Source of the DNA: Chiloscyllium plagiosum
Taxonomy: Eukaryota
Length of the DNA stretch: 64,000 nt
Direction: 5' to 3'
Assembly: GCF_004010195.1 (NCBI RefSeq)
Contig: NC_057754.1
Coordinates: 4,239,937 to 4,303,936, forward strand
Positions 24,086 through 36,769 of the stretch are shown here, one piece after another. The position numbers and the translations under genes are program-made. Positions within the stretch are counted from its first letter, which is position 1. Each line of letters opens with the position of its first letter. The notes under the pieces are model-generated. The model did not search any database, was not told the DNA's origin, and saw nothing but the letters and a program-made list of their open reading frames with translations.

Positions 24086-24214
24086 ATGGATACAAAGATT
24101 AAACATACGTACGGATATTAGAATGAAAGCGAGATCAGTTTGATATGACTGCAGCTCTGACTCTCTCTTTCCAAGGTGAATGGGTTGAAAATCCCACTAA
24201 TCCCACACCCTTCC

Positions 24215-24912
24215 TGGGATTGATACAGGGCTATGGGGAAAGAATGGGGAAAGAATGGGGCAGTGGGGTTAGTTTGGGATTGATACAGGGCTATGGGGAA
24301 AGAATGGGGCAGTGGGGTTAGTTTGGGGATTGATACAGGGCAATGGGGAGGCAGTGGGGTTAGCTTGGGATTGATACAGGGCTGTGGGGAGGCAAAGGGG
24401 TTAGCCTGGGATTGATACAGGGCTATGGGGATGCAATGGGGTTAGTCTGGGATTGATACAGGGCTATGGGGAGAGAATGGGGCAGTGGGGTTAGTTTGGG
24501 GATTGATACAGGGCTATGGGGAGGCAGTGGGGTTAGCCTGGGATTAATACAGGGCTATGGGGAGAGAATGGAGCTGTTGCATTAGTCTGGGATTGATACA
24601 AGGCTATGGGGAGAGAATGGGGCAGTGCGGTTAGTTTGGGAATTGATACAGGGTTATGGGGAGAGAATGGGGCAGTGGGGTTAGTTTGGGAATTGATACA
24701 GGGCTATGGGGAAAGAGCAGGGCAGTGGGGTTAGTTTGTGGATTGGTACAGGGCTATGGGGAGAGAGTGGGGCAGTGGGGTTAGTTTGCGGATTGGTACA
24801 GGGCTATGGGGAGAGAACGTGGCAGTGCGGTTAGTTTGCGGATTGATACAGCACTATGGGGAGAGAGTGGGGCTGTGGGGTTAGTTTACAGATTGATACA
24901 GGGCTATGGGGG
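24215..24912. repeat. ~50-bp G-rich minisatellite with shorter variants, about 14 copies
   Basis: gattg(a/g)taca recurs at 24741, 24791, 24841 and 24891. Confidence 0.93.
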
Positions 24913-25477
24913 TGAACCACAGACAGTACTCCAGGTGGGGTTTCACCAGTGTTCTATACAACTGAAAAAGGTTACTTTCCTCCTGTCTCTACTCCCCTTG
25001 TGATAACAGCAAACAGGCCATTTGCTCTCCAAACTGCTTGCTGCAGATGAGGTGTAATCTCACCCTGGAGGTGAGGTGTGTATTTTCTTCACTGGGTTTG
25101 GAATCTTAGGAATTCTCTGTCCAAGGTGGTAGTTGCTGAATATATTCAATATTGAGATCACCAGGGAATCTAGTCACATAGGATAGGGAAAGGAAGGGGC
25201 ATTGAGGTTCAGCTTTACTTGCGTACTTACTGAATGGAACAGGAGCAGACTGGATGGGCCGAATATTCCACCCCTGCTCTTATTCCTTTATTTGACTTTG
25301 TTTATCCATCGGATGGGGTATCGCTAGCAAGTCCCAGCATTTGTTGCTGACCCCTAATTGCCCTTAAATGGAGTGGTTCAGTGGGCCGTTTTGGAGACCA
25401 GGCCTACATCCAACCACATTACCATGTGGTCTGGAGTCAAAAAACTAGGAAAGGGCTGCAGATTTCCTTCACTAAAG

Positions 25478-26040
25478 TACAGGCTGTACAGGACATTGGT
25501 GAGGCTACGTTTGCAATATGGCATTCAATTCTGGTGCCCATGCCGTAGAAGAGACGTTGTGAAACTTGAAAGGATTCCAAAAAGACTTACAAGGATGTTG
25601 CCAGGGTTGGAGGGTTTGAGTTATCAGGAGAGGACGGAATGAGCTGGGGCTATTTTCCCTGGAACGCCAGAAGCTGAGGGGTGACCTTATAGAGGTTTAT
25701 AAAATCATGAGGGACATGGATAGGGTGAATAGCCAAGGTCTTTTCCCTGGGGTGGGTGAGTCCAAAACTAGTGGGCAAAAGGTTTAAGGTGAGAGGGGAA
25801 AGATTTAAAAGGGATGCTTTTTTCATGCAGAGAGTGGTACATGTATGGTATGAGCTGCTAGGAAAAGTGGTGGAGGCTGGTACAATTACAACATTTAAAA
25901 GGCATCTGGATGGGGACATGAATAGGAAGGGTTTAGAATGATATGGACCAAGTGCTGGCAAATAGAACCAGATTAATTTAGGATCTCTGGTCAGTATGGA
26001 TGAATTGGACCGATGGGTCTATTTCCATGCGATACATCCC
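25478..26040 (+). mobile_element. CR1 LINE 3' fragment inserted into a SacSINE-like copy (25300-26190)
   Basis: LYRTLVRLRLQYGIQFW...; the SINE body resumes at ctaagtgaaccagatgg. Confidence 0.85.
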
Positions 26041-26476
26041 TAAGTGAACCAGATGGCTTTTAACAATGGTTAACTTTATTAAGTTGAAATCTCACCATGA
26101 CCCTTGGCGAGATTCTACCTCATACTTCCTTAAACATTAATGAGCTTCGGGATTAATAGTCCAGTGAAATTAGCATTCTGTTACCACTTCCCACCAAAAG
26201 GTCAACACTTACCCCTGAGCCTATCCAACAAACTATTTGGACATTATCACATAGCTGTGTTAGGGAGCTCGTTGTACACAAATTGGCTGCTGTCTACCCT
26301 ACATGACAACACTGACGCTATTTCTGAAAGGATAGAGCACTTTGGGAGGGCACACTGTGTGGTCAATGGCATTGTGTAAAGGTGAGACCCTGTTTATTCA
26401 ATGGGACTGAGGTTAATTCTGTCAGACATTCGCGGTTTGCTGGGTCCAGGGGAATAGGCCGGGGCTAATCACTTAC

Positions 26477-26638
26477 CAGCTCCGGGGTTAGGGCAGGGAT
26501 CACAGCTGGAACCCCAAGCCTTGCCCACTGTACAGCAACAGAGTTGTTTGGTCAGCTCCCCACGCAGAGGGTAGGTACAGCCCTCGTCAGCATTGACCAG
26601 CAGGTAACATGGTCCCTTCTCAGCAGGCTTCTCCATCA
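26477..26638 (-). CDS. LTBP3: LTBP3 exon ~7, TB/8-Cys domain (MEKPAEKGPCYLLVNADEGCTYPLRGELTKQLCCCTVGKAWGSSCDPCPNPGA)
   Basis: tgtag|TG ATG ... GCT G|gtaagt; 162 nt, phase 1-1; CCC triplet and G-x-AWG typical of TB domains. Confidence 0.94.
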
Positions 26639-26694
26639 CTACATCAGAGAGTGAAAGAGGGTTTACTTAGTCATACGCTGATTCAAAAACTGCA

Positions 26695-29600
26695 AATGTA
26701 TCCCACACCACACGTCACTCCATATATATCCCACACCCCCGACACTCCATATAATATATCCCACACCACCCATCACTCCATATAATATATCCCACACCAC
26801 CCGTCACTCCATATAATATATCCCACACTCCCGACACTCTGATTAATATATCCCACACCACCCGTCACTCCATATAATATATCCCACACCACCCATCACT
26901 CCATATAATATATCCCACACCACCCGTCACTCCATATAATATATCCCACACCCCCGACACTCTGATTAATATTTCCCACACCCCGACACTCTGATTAATA
27001 TATCCCACACCCCCGACACTCTGATATAATATATCCCACACCACCCGTCACTCCATATATATCCCACACACCTGACACTCCATATAATATATCCCACACC
27101 ACCCGTCACTCCATATATATCCCACACACCTGACACTCCATATAATATATCCCACACCACCCGTCACTCCATATATATCCCACACACCTGACACTCCATA
27201 TAATATATCCCACACCACCCGTCACTCCATATATATCCCACACACCTGACACTCCATATAATATATCCCACACCACCCGTCACTCCATATATATCCCACA
27301 CACCTGACACTCCATATAATATATCCCACACCACCCGTCACTCCATATATATCCCACACACCTGACACTCCATATAATATATCCCACACCACCCGTCACT
27401 CCATATATATCCCACACACCTGACACTCCATATAATATATCCCACACCACCCGTCACTCCATATATATCCCACACACCTGACACTCCATATAATATATCC
27501 CACACCACCCGTCACTCCATATATATCCCACACACCTGACACTCCATATAATATATCCCACACCACCCGTCACTCCATATATATCCCACACACCTGACAC
27601 TCCATATAATATATCCCACACCACCCGTCACTCCATATATATCCCACACACCTGACACTCCATATAATATATCCCACACCACCCGTCACTCCATATATAT
27701 CCCACACACCTGACACTCCATATAATATATCCCACACCACCCGTCACTCCATATATATCCCACACACCTGACACTCCATATAATATATCCCACACCACCC
27801 GTCACTCCATATATATCCCACACACCTGACACTCCATATAATATATCCCACACCACCCGTCACTCCATATATATCCCACACACCTGACACTCCATATAAT
27901 ATATCCCACACCACCCGTCACTCCATATATATCCCACACACCTGACACTCCATATAATATATCCCACACCACCCGTCACTCCATATATATCCCACACACC
28001 TGACACTCCATATAATATATCCCACACCACCCGTCACTCCATATATATCCCACACACCTGACACTCCATATAATATATCCCACACCACCCGTCACTCCAT
28101 ATATATCCCACACACCTGACACTCCATATAATATATCCCACACCACCCGTCACTCCATATATATCCCACACACCTGACACTCCATATAATATATCCCACA
28201 CCACCCGTCACTCCATATATATCCCACACACCTGACACTCCATATAATATATCCCACACCACCCGTCACTCCATATATATCCCACACACCTGACACTCCA
28301 TATAATATATCCCACACCACCCGTCACTCCATATATATCCCACACACCTGACACTCCATATAATATATCCCACACCACCCGTCACTCCATATATATCCCA
28401 CACACCTGACACTCCATATAATATATCCCACACCACCCGTCACTCCATATATATCCCACACACCTGACACTCCATATAATATATCCCACACCACCCGTCA
28501 CTCCATATATATCCCACACACCTGACACTCCATATAATATATCCCACACCACCCGTCACTCCATATATATCCCACACACCTGACACTCCATATAATATAT
28601 CCCACACCACCCGTCACTCCATATATATCCCACACACCTGACACTCCATATAATATATCCCACACCACCCGTCACTCCATATATATCCCACACACCTGAC
28701 ACTCCATATAATATATCCCACACCACCCGTCACTCCATATATATCCCACACACCTGACACTCCATATAATATATCCCACACCACCCGTCACTCCATATAT
28801 ATCCCACACACCTGACACTCCATATAATATATCCCACACCACCCGTCACTCCATATATATCCCACACACCTGACACTCCATATAATATATCCCACACCAC
28901 CCGTCACTCCATATATATCCCACACACCTGACACTCCATATAATATATCCCACACCACCCGTCACTCCATATATATCCCACACACCTGACACTCCATATA
29001 ATATATCCCACACCACCCGTCACTCCATATATATCCCACACACCTGACACTCCATATAATATATCCCACACCACCCGTCACTCCATATATATCCCACACA
29101 CCTGACACTCCATATAATATATCCCACACCACCCGTCACTCCATATATATCCCACACACCTGACACTCCATATAATATATCCCACACCACCCGTCACTCC
29201 ATATATATCCCACACACCTGACACTCCATATAATATATCCCACACCACCCGTCACTCCATATATATCCCACACACCTGACACTCCATATAATATATCCCA
29301 CACCACCCGTCACTCCATATATATCCCACACACCTGACACTCCATATAATATATCCCACACCACCCGTCACTCCATATATATCCCACACACCTGACACTC
29401 CATATAATATATCCCACACCACCCGTCACTCCATATATATCCCACACACCTGACACTCCATATAATATATCCCACACCACCCGTCACTCCATATATATCC
29501 CACACACCTGACACTCCATATAATATATCCCACACCACCCGTCACTCCATATATATCCCACACACCTGACACTCCATATAATATATCCCACACCACCCGT

Positions 29601-30180
29601 CACTCCATATATATCCCACACACCTGACACTCCATATAATATATCCCACACCACCCGTCACTCCATATATATCCCACACACCTGACACTCCATATAATAT
29701 ATCCCACACCACCCGTCACTCCATATATATCCCACACACCTGACACTCCATATAATATATCCCACACCACCCGTCACTCCATATATATCCCACACACCTG
29801 ACACTCCATATAATATATCCCACACCACCCGTCACTCCATATATATCCCACACACCTGACACTCCATATAATATATCCCACACCACCCGTCACTCCATAT
29901 ATATCCCACACACCTGACACTCCATATAATATATCCCACACCACCCGTCACTCCATATATATCCCACACACCTGACACTCCATATAATATATCCCACACC
30001 ACCCGTCACTCCATATATATCCCACACACCTGACACTCCATATAATATATCCCACACCACCCGTCACTCCATATATATCCCACACACCTGACACTCCATA
30101 TAATATATCCCACACCACCCGTCACTCCATATATATCCCACACACCTGACACTCCATATAATATATCCCACACCACCCGT
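26695..30180. repeat. Satellite array; from ~27030 an apparently perfect 58-bp (31+27) dimer, about 54 copies
   Basis: Unit ccatataatatatcccacaccacccgtcact+ccatatatatcccacacacctgacact; constant 2-nt shift per 60-nt line. Confidence 0.97.
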
Positions 30181-30540
30181 AGTGTAACACTCTCTGTTAT
30201 ACCCCACACCCCTCACTGTGACACTGTTTGGTATACCCACACCCCTCACTGTAACACTCTCTGATATACCCTACACCCCTCACTGTGACACTGTCTGGTA
30301 TATCCACACCCCTCACTGTAACACTCTCTGATATACCGCACACCTGTCAGTGTAACACTCTCTGTTATACCCCACACCCCTCACTGTGACACTGTTTGGT
30401 ATACCCACACCCCTCACTGTAACACTCTCTGATATACCCCACACCCCTCACTGTGACACTGTCTGGTATATCCACACCCCTCACTGTAACACTCTCTGAT
30501 ATACCGCACACCTGTCAGTGTAACACTCTCTGATATACTG
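30181..30540. repeat. ~34-bp satellite organised as a 168-bp higher-order repeat
   Basis: agtgtaacactctctg at 30181, 30349 and 30517; monomer ctcactgtaacactctctgatataccccacaccc. Confidence 0.9.
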
Positions 30541-30749
30541 CAGTTTATAATTCTATGCTTTCAAACAATCAGTTGCAGTAGCCCAGTTTGCTTTCTCTTC
30601 CGTTGTCCCTGTGATGTGGCCAATGGTTATCTCCAGTTCTGATCAGCAAACCTTGAACACACCAGCCCCTGAAGCAGAATCTGTCTGCTGTGACGTCCCT
30701 CACCTTGGGGGAAAGTGCATTCCCTTGCTCTGAGCCCTGGCCCTCTTAC

Positions 30750-30872
30750 CGATACAGTGCGTCCGCAATGGACCCATCACGAAGCCAGGCTTACAAGCAC
30801 AACGGAAGCTCCCCTGTGTGTTGAGACACTCTGCATTCTGGCAGACTCCCTGGATCAAGCACTCGTTGATAT
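30750..30872 (-). CDS. LTBP3: LTBP3 exon ~6, calcium-binding EGF (DINECLIQGVCQNAECLNTQGSFRCACKPGFVMGPLRTHCI)
   Basis: ccag|AT ATC AAC GAG TGC ... ATC G|gtaaga; 123 nt, phase 1-1; six Cys with cbEGF consensus. Confidence 0.95.
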
Positions 30873-30954
30873 CTGGAGGGGAGGGGGAGAGACAGGCTTA
30901 CAAAACAGAATGAGCAACAGAGGAAGATACGGGGAAGGGAAGTGGAGAAAACAG

Positions 30955-31345
30955 AGAGGTGGTTAGCACTGCTGCCTCTCAGTGCCAGGGACCAGGGTTC
31001 GATTCCATCCTCGAGCGACTGTCTGTGTGGAGTTTGCATATTCATCCCACATCTGTGTGGGGCTCTCACTGGGTGCTCTGGTTTCCTCTCACAGTCCAGG
31101 GATGTGCAGGTTAGGGTGGATTGGCTGTGCTAATTTGTCCCATAGTGTTCAGGGATGTGCAGGTTAGGGTGGATTGGCAGTGCTAAATTTTCCCATAGTT
31201 CCCAGGGATGTGCAGGTTAGGGTGGATTGGCCGTGCTAGATTGTCCCATAGTGCCCAGGGATGTGCAGGCTCGGATGGATTGGCCATGCTAAATTGTCCC
31301 ATAGTGCCCAGGGATGTGCAGGCTCGGTGGGTTAGCCGCGGGAAA
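30955..31345 (+). mobile_element. HE1-like V-SINE with about five internal 53-bp tandem units
   Basis: gatgtgcagg at 31101, 31154, 31207, 31260 and 31313. Confidence 0.88.
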
Positions 31346-31548
31346 ATTATCTCACGGGATGTGGGCAGCACTAGCCAAGGCAGAATTCATTGCCCTTCGC
31401 TGTTGGCCCAGTGGGCAGGTAAACGTCAACTTTGTTGCTGCAGGGTCTGGAATCCCATGTAATCCAGAGGAGGGTCAGGACTGCACATTTCCTTCCCTGA
31501 AGGGCATATGTGGGTTTTTTTTTACAGCAATCGACGATAATTTCATGG

Positions 31549-31735
31549 TCACCCATCACGCAACAGGGACAACCCCAGTGGAGTTGCTAATGGGGCGAAG
31601 ACTCCACACTAGGTTAAATCTGATCATCCTGGACCGGTGGGGGTGGGGGGCTTTCAGAAACACCAACGCCAGACACTAGGCTCCTCGAAGCAGAGGAGGC
31701 AGTTTACGTCAGGGGACAAAGTTTGCTGTCGAAAT
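31549..31735 (+). mobile_element. Ty3/Gypsy integrase remnant
   Basis: THHATGTTPVELLMGRRLHTRLNLI resembles the Gypsy integrase C-terminal motif TPHxTTGxSPAELLMGRxLRTxLDL. Confidence 0.7.
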
Positions 31736-32592
31736 GATTTCACCGTCACTGAATGCACTTTCAATTCCACATGGATTAACTGCACGTAAATTCCATTGGC
31801 TGATGTGGTGGGATTCAAACCCACATCAGCACAAACCTCTGGATTAATAGTCAACTGATAGTCCCCACATTCAGTCGTTGCGTTTCGAGTGCAGTGGCGG
31901 ATATAGAAACTGGGATAGCAGCTGCTCATTCTCCAGTTCCCAACTTATTCATTTCTGTGGGATGTGAGTGTCCCTGCCTGGGCCCAGCATTTATTACCTC
32001 GGACTCTAGTTGCCCCCTTGAGATAGTGGGAGTGAGCTGCCTTCTTGAACCGCTGCTGTGGGTTGACCCACAATGTCGTTAGGGAGGGAGTTCCAGGATT
32101 TTGAACTGCCGCACTAAAGGAACAGCCGACATATTTCCCAAGTTGGAATGGTGAGTGGCTCAGAGGGGAACTTGCAGGGGGTGGTGCGCCCTCGTCCTTC
32201 TAGATGGAAGTGGTCATGGGTTTGAAGATCTTTGGTGAATTTGTAGATGGTACACACTGCTGCTACTAAGCGTTGATGGTGAGGGGAGTGTGGATGTGGT
32301 GTCAATCAAGCGGGAGGCTGCTTTGTCCCTCGATGGTTCAAGCTTCTTGAGGGTTGTTGATGCCCCCCATCCAGGGCAAGTAGGGAGTATTCCCTCGCAC
32401 TCCTGACTTGTGCCTTGTAGATAGGTCAGAAGGTGAGTTACTTGCCACAGTATTCCTAACCTCTGACCTGCTCTTGTTGCCACTGTGTTTATGTGGCGGG
32501 TCTCGTTGGGTTTCTGGTCAATGATAACCCCCCTGGATGTCTAAATTAGCCCCAAAAACTGAACCTACGTCTTTCTCAGATGTCTTCAAATA

Positions 32593-32965
32593 ACATAGAA
32601 CACAGAACAATACAGCACAGAACAGGCCCTTCGGACCTGTGAACTATTCTCAGCTCGTCTCCCTACACTATCCCAAAATCATCCATGTGCTTATCTAAGG
32701 ATTGTTTAAATCTCCCTAATGTGGCTGAGTTAACTACATTAGCAGGTAGGGCATTCCACGCCCTTACCACTCTCTGAGTAAAGAACCTGCCTCTGACATC
32801 CGTCTTAAATCTATCACCCCCCAATTTGTAGTTATGCCCCATCGTACACGCTGATGTCATCATCCTAAGAAAAAGACTTTCACTGTCTACCCTATCTAAT
32901 CCACTGATCATCTTGCATGTCTCTATCAAACCCCCTCTTAGCCTTCTTCTTTCCAATGAGAACAT
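32593..32965 (-). mobile_element. CR1 LINE 3' end, relatively young subfamily
   Basis: Open frame MFSLERRRLRGGLIETCKMISGLDRVD...LDKHMD and tail ctgtgctgtattgttct. Confidence 0.9.
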
Positions 32966-33105
32966 TTCCAGCAGGAGAGGATTTCAGAGGGTTAATGCTT
33001 TGAGTCTGATAAAACACTTCTATTTCTTTCTCTTCACAAACGCTGCCAGGCCTGCTGAGTTCCGCTGGCACTTTCTGTTCTGTTTTTAATGTGAAGTCTG
33101 CTTAC

Positions 33106-33189
33106 CTTGGCAGTGGGTGCTGTTGAGTCTCTTGTAGCCTTGGGGGCATTCCACCCCACTGCTGATGCCAGTTTTTGGGTCAGCCAAGT
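33106..33189 (-). CDS. LTBP3: LTBP3 exon ~5 (LADPKTGISSGVECPQGYKRLNSTHCQ)
   Basis: Pyrimidine tract plus cttag|AC, donor CAA G|gtaagc; 84 nt, phase 1-1; N-glycosylation sequon NST. Not in the ORF track. Confidence 0.93.
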
Positions 33190-33297
33190 CTAAGAGGGGG
33201 AGAAAAATAAAACAGGTTCAATTGTGCACTAACAACCAGAAGCCTGAAGTTTGACTCACTCCCTGCAGCCAAATCTATCACACAAACTTAGGAAATG

Positions 33298-33815
33298 GCA
33301 TCAGTTCTGGTCACCCAGTTACAGGAAAGAAATTATCAAGCCGGAGAGAGTTCGGAAGAGATTTACCAGGATGTTGCCGGGTATGGAAGGTTTGAGTTAT
33401 AAAGAAAGGCTGGGACCTTTTTTCACTGGAGCGTAGGAGGTTGAAGGTGACCTTTATAGAGGTTTACAAAATCATGAGGGGGATAGATAGGGTGAATCAC
33501 AGGTGTCTTTTCCCTAGGATGGGGGCATTCAAGACTAGGGGGGCATATTTTTAAGGTGAGAGATTTAAAAAAGACACAAGGGGCATTCTTTTAACACGGG
33601 GTGGTTCACGTGTGGAATGAACCTCCTGAAGACGTGGTGGATTGCGGGGACAGTTACATTGTTTAAAAGACATTTGGATAAAGACATTAACAGGAAAGGG
33701 TTTGGAGGGATATGGGCCAGGAGCAGGCAGGTGGGACTAGTTTAGCTTAGGATTGTGGTCAGCACAGACTGGTTGGACCGAAGGGTCTGTTTCCATGCTG
33801 AATGACCCTATCTCT
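33298..33815 (+). mobile_element. CR1 LINE 3' fragment
   Basis: QFWSPSYRKEIIK..RFTRMLPGMEGLSYKERL and tail. Confidence 0.88.
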
Positions 33816-34098
33816 AAGTCGGCCACTCAGCCCCTCAAGCCTGTTCCACCATTCAATAAGTTCATGGCTGATCTGTTTGTCTCTGTTTTTAAGTTTCAGA
33901 CTTCCAGCGGACTGAGTATCTTGCTTTGGTAGTCCCGCTCTGCAAATCCTTTTGGTGCTTTACTGCAAAAACCCCGTCACTTTCATAGATTCCCTTACAG
34001 TGTGGAAGCAGGCCATTCGGCCCATTGAGTCCACACTGACCCTCTGAACAGCATCCACACAAACCCATCCCCTTACCCTGTCCCTACAACTCTGCACC

Positions 34099-34460
34099 GT
34101 GGGCGGCACGGTGGCACAGTGGTTAGCACTGCTGCCTCACAGCGCCTGAGACTCGGGTTCAATTCCCGCCTCAGGCGACTGACTGTGTGGAGTTTGCACG
34201 TTCTCCCCGTGTCTGCGTGGGTTTCCTCCGGGTGCTCCGGTTTCCTCCCACAGTCCAAAAGATGTGCAGGGTCAGGTGAATTGGCCATGCTAAATTGCCC
34301 GTAGTGTTAGGTAAGGGGTAAATATAGGGGTATGGGTGGATTTCGCTTCGGCGGGTCGGTGTGGACTTGTTGGGCCGAAGGGCCTGTTTCCACACTGTAA
34401 TGTAATCTAATCTAATCTAATCTAATCTAATCTAATCTAAAAAAATCTAATCTAATCTAA
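34099..34460 (+). mobile_element. Full-length young HE1-like V-SINE with long (tctaa)n tail, nested in an older antisense copy (~33985-34550)
   Basis: A box tggcacagtgg, B box ggttcaattcc, intact CpGs, V-domain, CR1-like tail ttgggccgaagggcctgtttcc. Confidence 0.93.
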
Positions 34461-35229
34461 TCCCTGAACACTATGGGCAATTTAGCACCCCCAATCCAGA
34501 TAATCTGCGCATCTCTGCTCTGTGGGAGGATACCCACTCAGGTATGAGGAGACTGGCTCAGGTAGACAGCTCCTCTGCCTCTGCCTTAAAACCTCTGCTT
34601 AAACAAAAAAACAGAACAAACTAACCTCTTAAAACCATAATACTGTTACATGCTGGCTGTCCTAATTGACAAGGCTAGCCTCGATAGAAAGACTGTTGTA
34701 AAGACTGGGTCTGCTTACTTTAGTGGTTTTTAAACTTGTGGACTGAAATGAGGAAGAACTATTTTAAAACCAACGTCTTTAAAGGATTGCTGTACGTTTT
34801 GAAAAGCAAGTAGCCTGACGTTGTGTAAACTGTTGATTGAACGAGCAATAGTCGAAGTTTTCGTCTGGACCCGAGGGGTTTGTATGGATGTTGCTCTCAC
34901 TGGCAACAAGAAATCAATTGGTCTATGGACTAGTGACCAGTATATTGATGAGGAAGACCTTTTGCCTGTCAACAACCGAGTGATTGGTTCTCAGGTATTT
35001 GAACAGCTTGGGGATGGGAACAAGATACAGAGAGAGACAATTTATTCACCACCAGCTCAGGAGATCTGTCTATACTCCATAGTCAAAGTCCCAAGTTAAG
35101 CCTGAAAAAAAACAGGTTATCTTTCCGTCAACAGGTATTACAAGCTGTGACTCTTAACTGATGCTTTTTTTACTTAATGTTTTGTTTCCCTCCTGGGCTA
35201 CTGAAATTGCATGTGAAATTGCCCTTTGC

Positions 35230-36070
35230 CAAGATTAGTAAGCTTGCAGACAATACAAGGATCAGTGGAGTTGTGGATAGCATGGCAGGTTGTCAAAGGA
35301 TACTAGGAGAAAGTGAGGACTGCAGATGCTGGAGATCAGAGTCGAAAAGTGTGGCGCTGGAAAAGCACAGCAGGTCAGGCAGCATCCAAGGTGCAGGAGA
35401 GTCTACGTTTCGGGCACTGTTATGCCTGAAAGGTCAACTCTCCTGCTCCTCGGATGCTGTCTGACCTGTTGTGCTTTTCCAGCACCACACTTTTCAACGA
35501 CAGCTGTCAAAGGATACTGTGGAATATAGATTAGTTGCAGATATGACAGAGAACTGGCAGGTGGAATTTAAACCCGGTAAGTGTGAGGTGCTGCACCTTG
35601 GGAGATCAAATGTTAAGGGAAAGCATACAGTTAATGGCAGGACCCTGAACAGCATTGATGCACAGAGGCTCTTGGGGTACAGGTCCATCGCTTCCTGAAA
35701 GGGGCCACGCAAGCAGAAAGAGTATTTAAGAAGGTGTATGGCATGCTTGCTTTTATTGGGAAATTGAGTACGAGAGTCAGGATATCATGTTGCAGCTTTA
35801 TCAGACTTTGGTTCAGCCACACTTGGAGTATTGTGTTCAATTCTGGTCACTATATTATAGGACGGATATGGAGGCTTTGGAGAGGGTGCAGAAGAGGTTT
35901 ACCAGGATGCTGCTTGGATTAGAGTGTAGGAGCTGTAAGGAGAGGCTGGAAAAACTTAGGTTGTTTTCTCTGGAGGCTGAGGGGAGACTTGAGAGAAGGC
36001 TATAAAATTATGAGATGTATCGATAGGGTTGATGGTCAGAATCTTTTCCCCAGAGGTGAAATGCCTAGTT
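35230..36070 (+). mobile_element. CR1 LINE fragment interrupted at 35305-35504
   Basis: KISKLADNTRISGVVDS...WQVEFKPGKCEVLHLG...LVQPHLEYCVQFWS. Confidence 0.88.
35305..35504 (-). mobile_element. Palindromic element family A with deleted centre
   Basis: Inverted arms homologous to 8510-8696; 14-bp direct repeat tgtcaaaggatact at 35291-304 and 35505-518. Confidence 0.85.
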
Positions 36071-36769
36071 CCTAATTTCCTCTGAGGTTTTGCTTATAAC
36101 AGTGTCCAGGTCGGACATGACGTTGCTGTTGCCAATGTAGGGTTGGGAAAAGGGGGGAGAATTGGTGAGACTGACCCTTGCATCCCTTTCACTGCCTCAC
36201 CTGTTCACAAAAGGTATCAAGCATTAATTGCTCAAAGGGTCTGGGCAGGTAATAGTGAGGACCATGCGTGAGTGCAGACAGAACCAAGGTCTGACATTTC
36301 CCAGTTAGGTCCCGTGTTGGCCTTTAGCACTGACAGAGGCTGTGCGTAGAACTGTGGGCCCAGCCTTACGGGTGACAAAAAAAGTAAAAACATCCGTTGG
36401 AGCCAATTAAACTGAAGGATGTTACTGCTGGGAATGGCAGGAGTCAATGGGCCGTGAAAATAGCCTTTGCAATGGCTCCTGTCCAAACCTCTCAGTTCCC
36501 AGATTCAGGCTCCCACCCACTTACTCTGGCTCCGACGGAGTTATTCTGTTATTCCAACCCAAGATGCTCTCCCCCATTTGCTTCCTTGCCTTTGGCAGAA
36601 AATTAATGCTGTTTTCATAACTGGGACCAACAGACCCCAGGCTCAGACTGTGGCCTGTCACCAGTCCAACAATGTTATTGAGTTTAGGGCTCTCCCCAAC
36701 GTTTCCACTCCTCACCTCCACTCCCATTCCAGAAAGTCGGACACAAATCCGAGTTGGCATTCCCGCTGC

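Noticed and set aside
26695..30180. CRISPR-like regular repeat array
   Set aside because: Units are head-to-tail with no unique spacers, there are no cas genes, and the context is a vertebrate intron.
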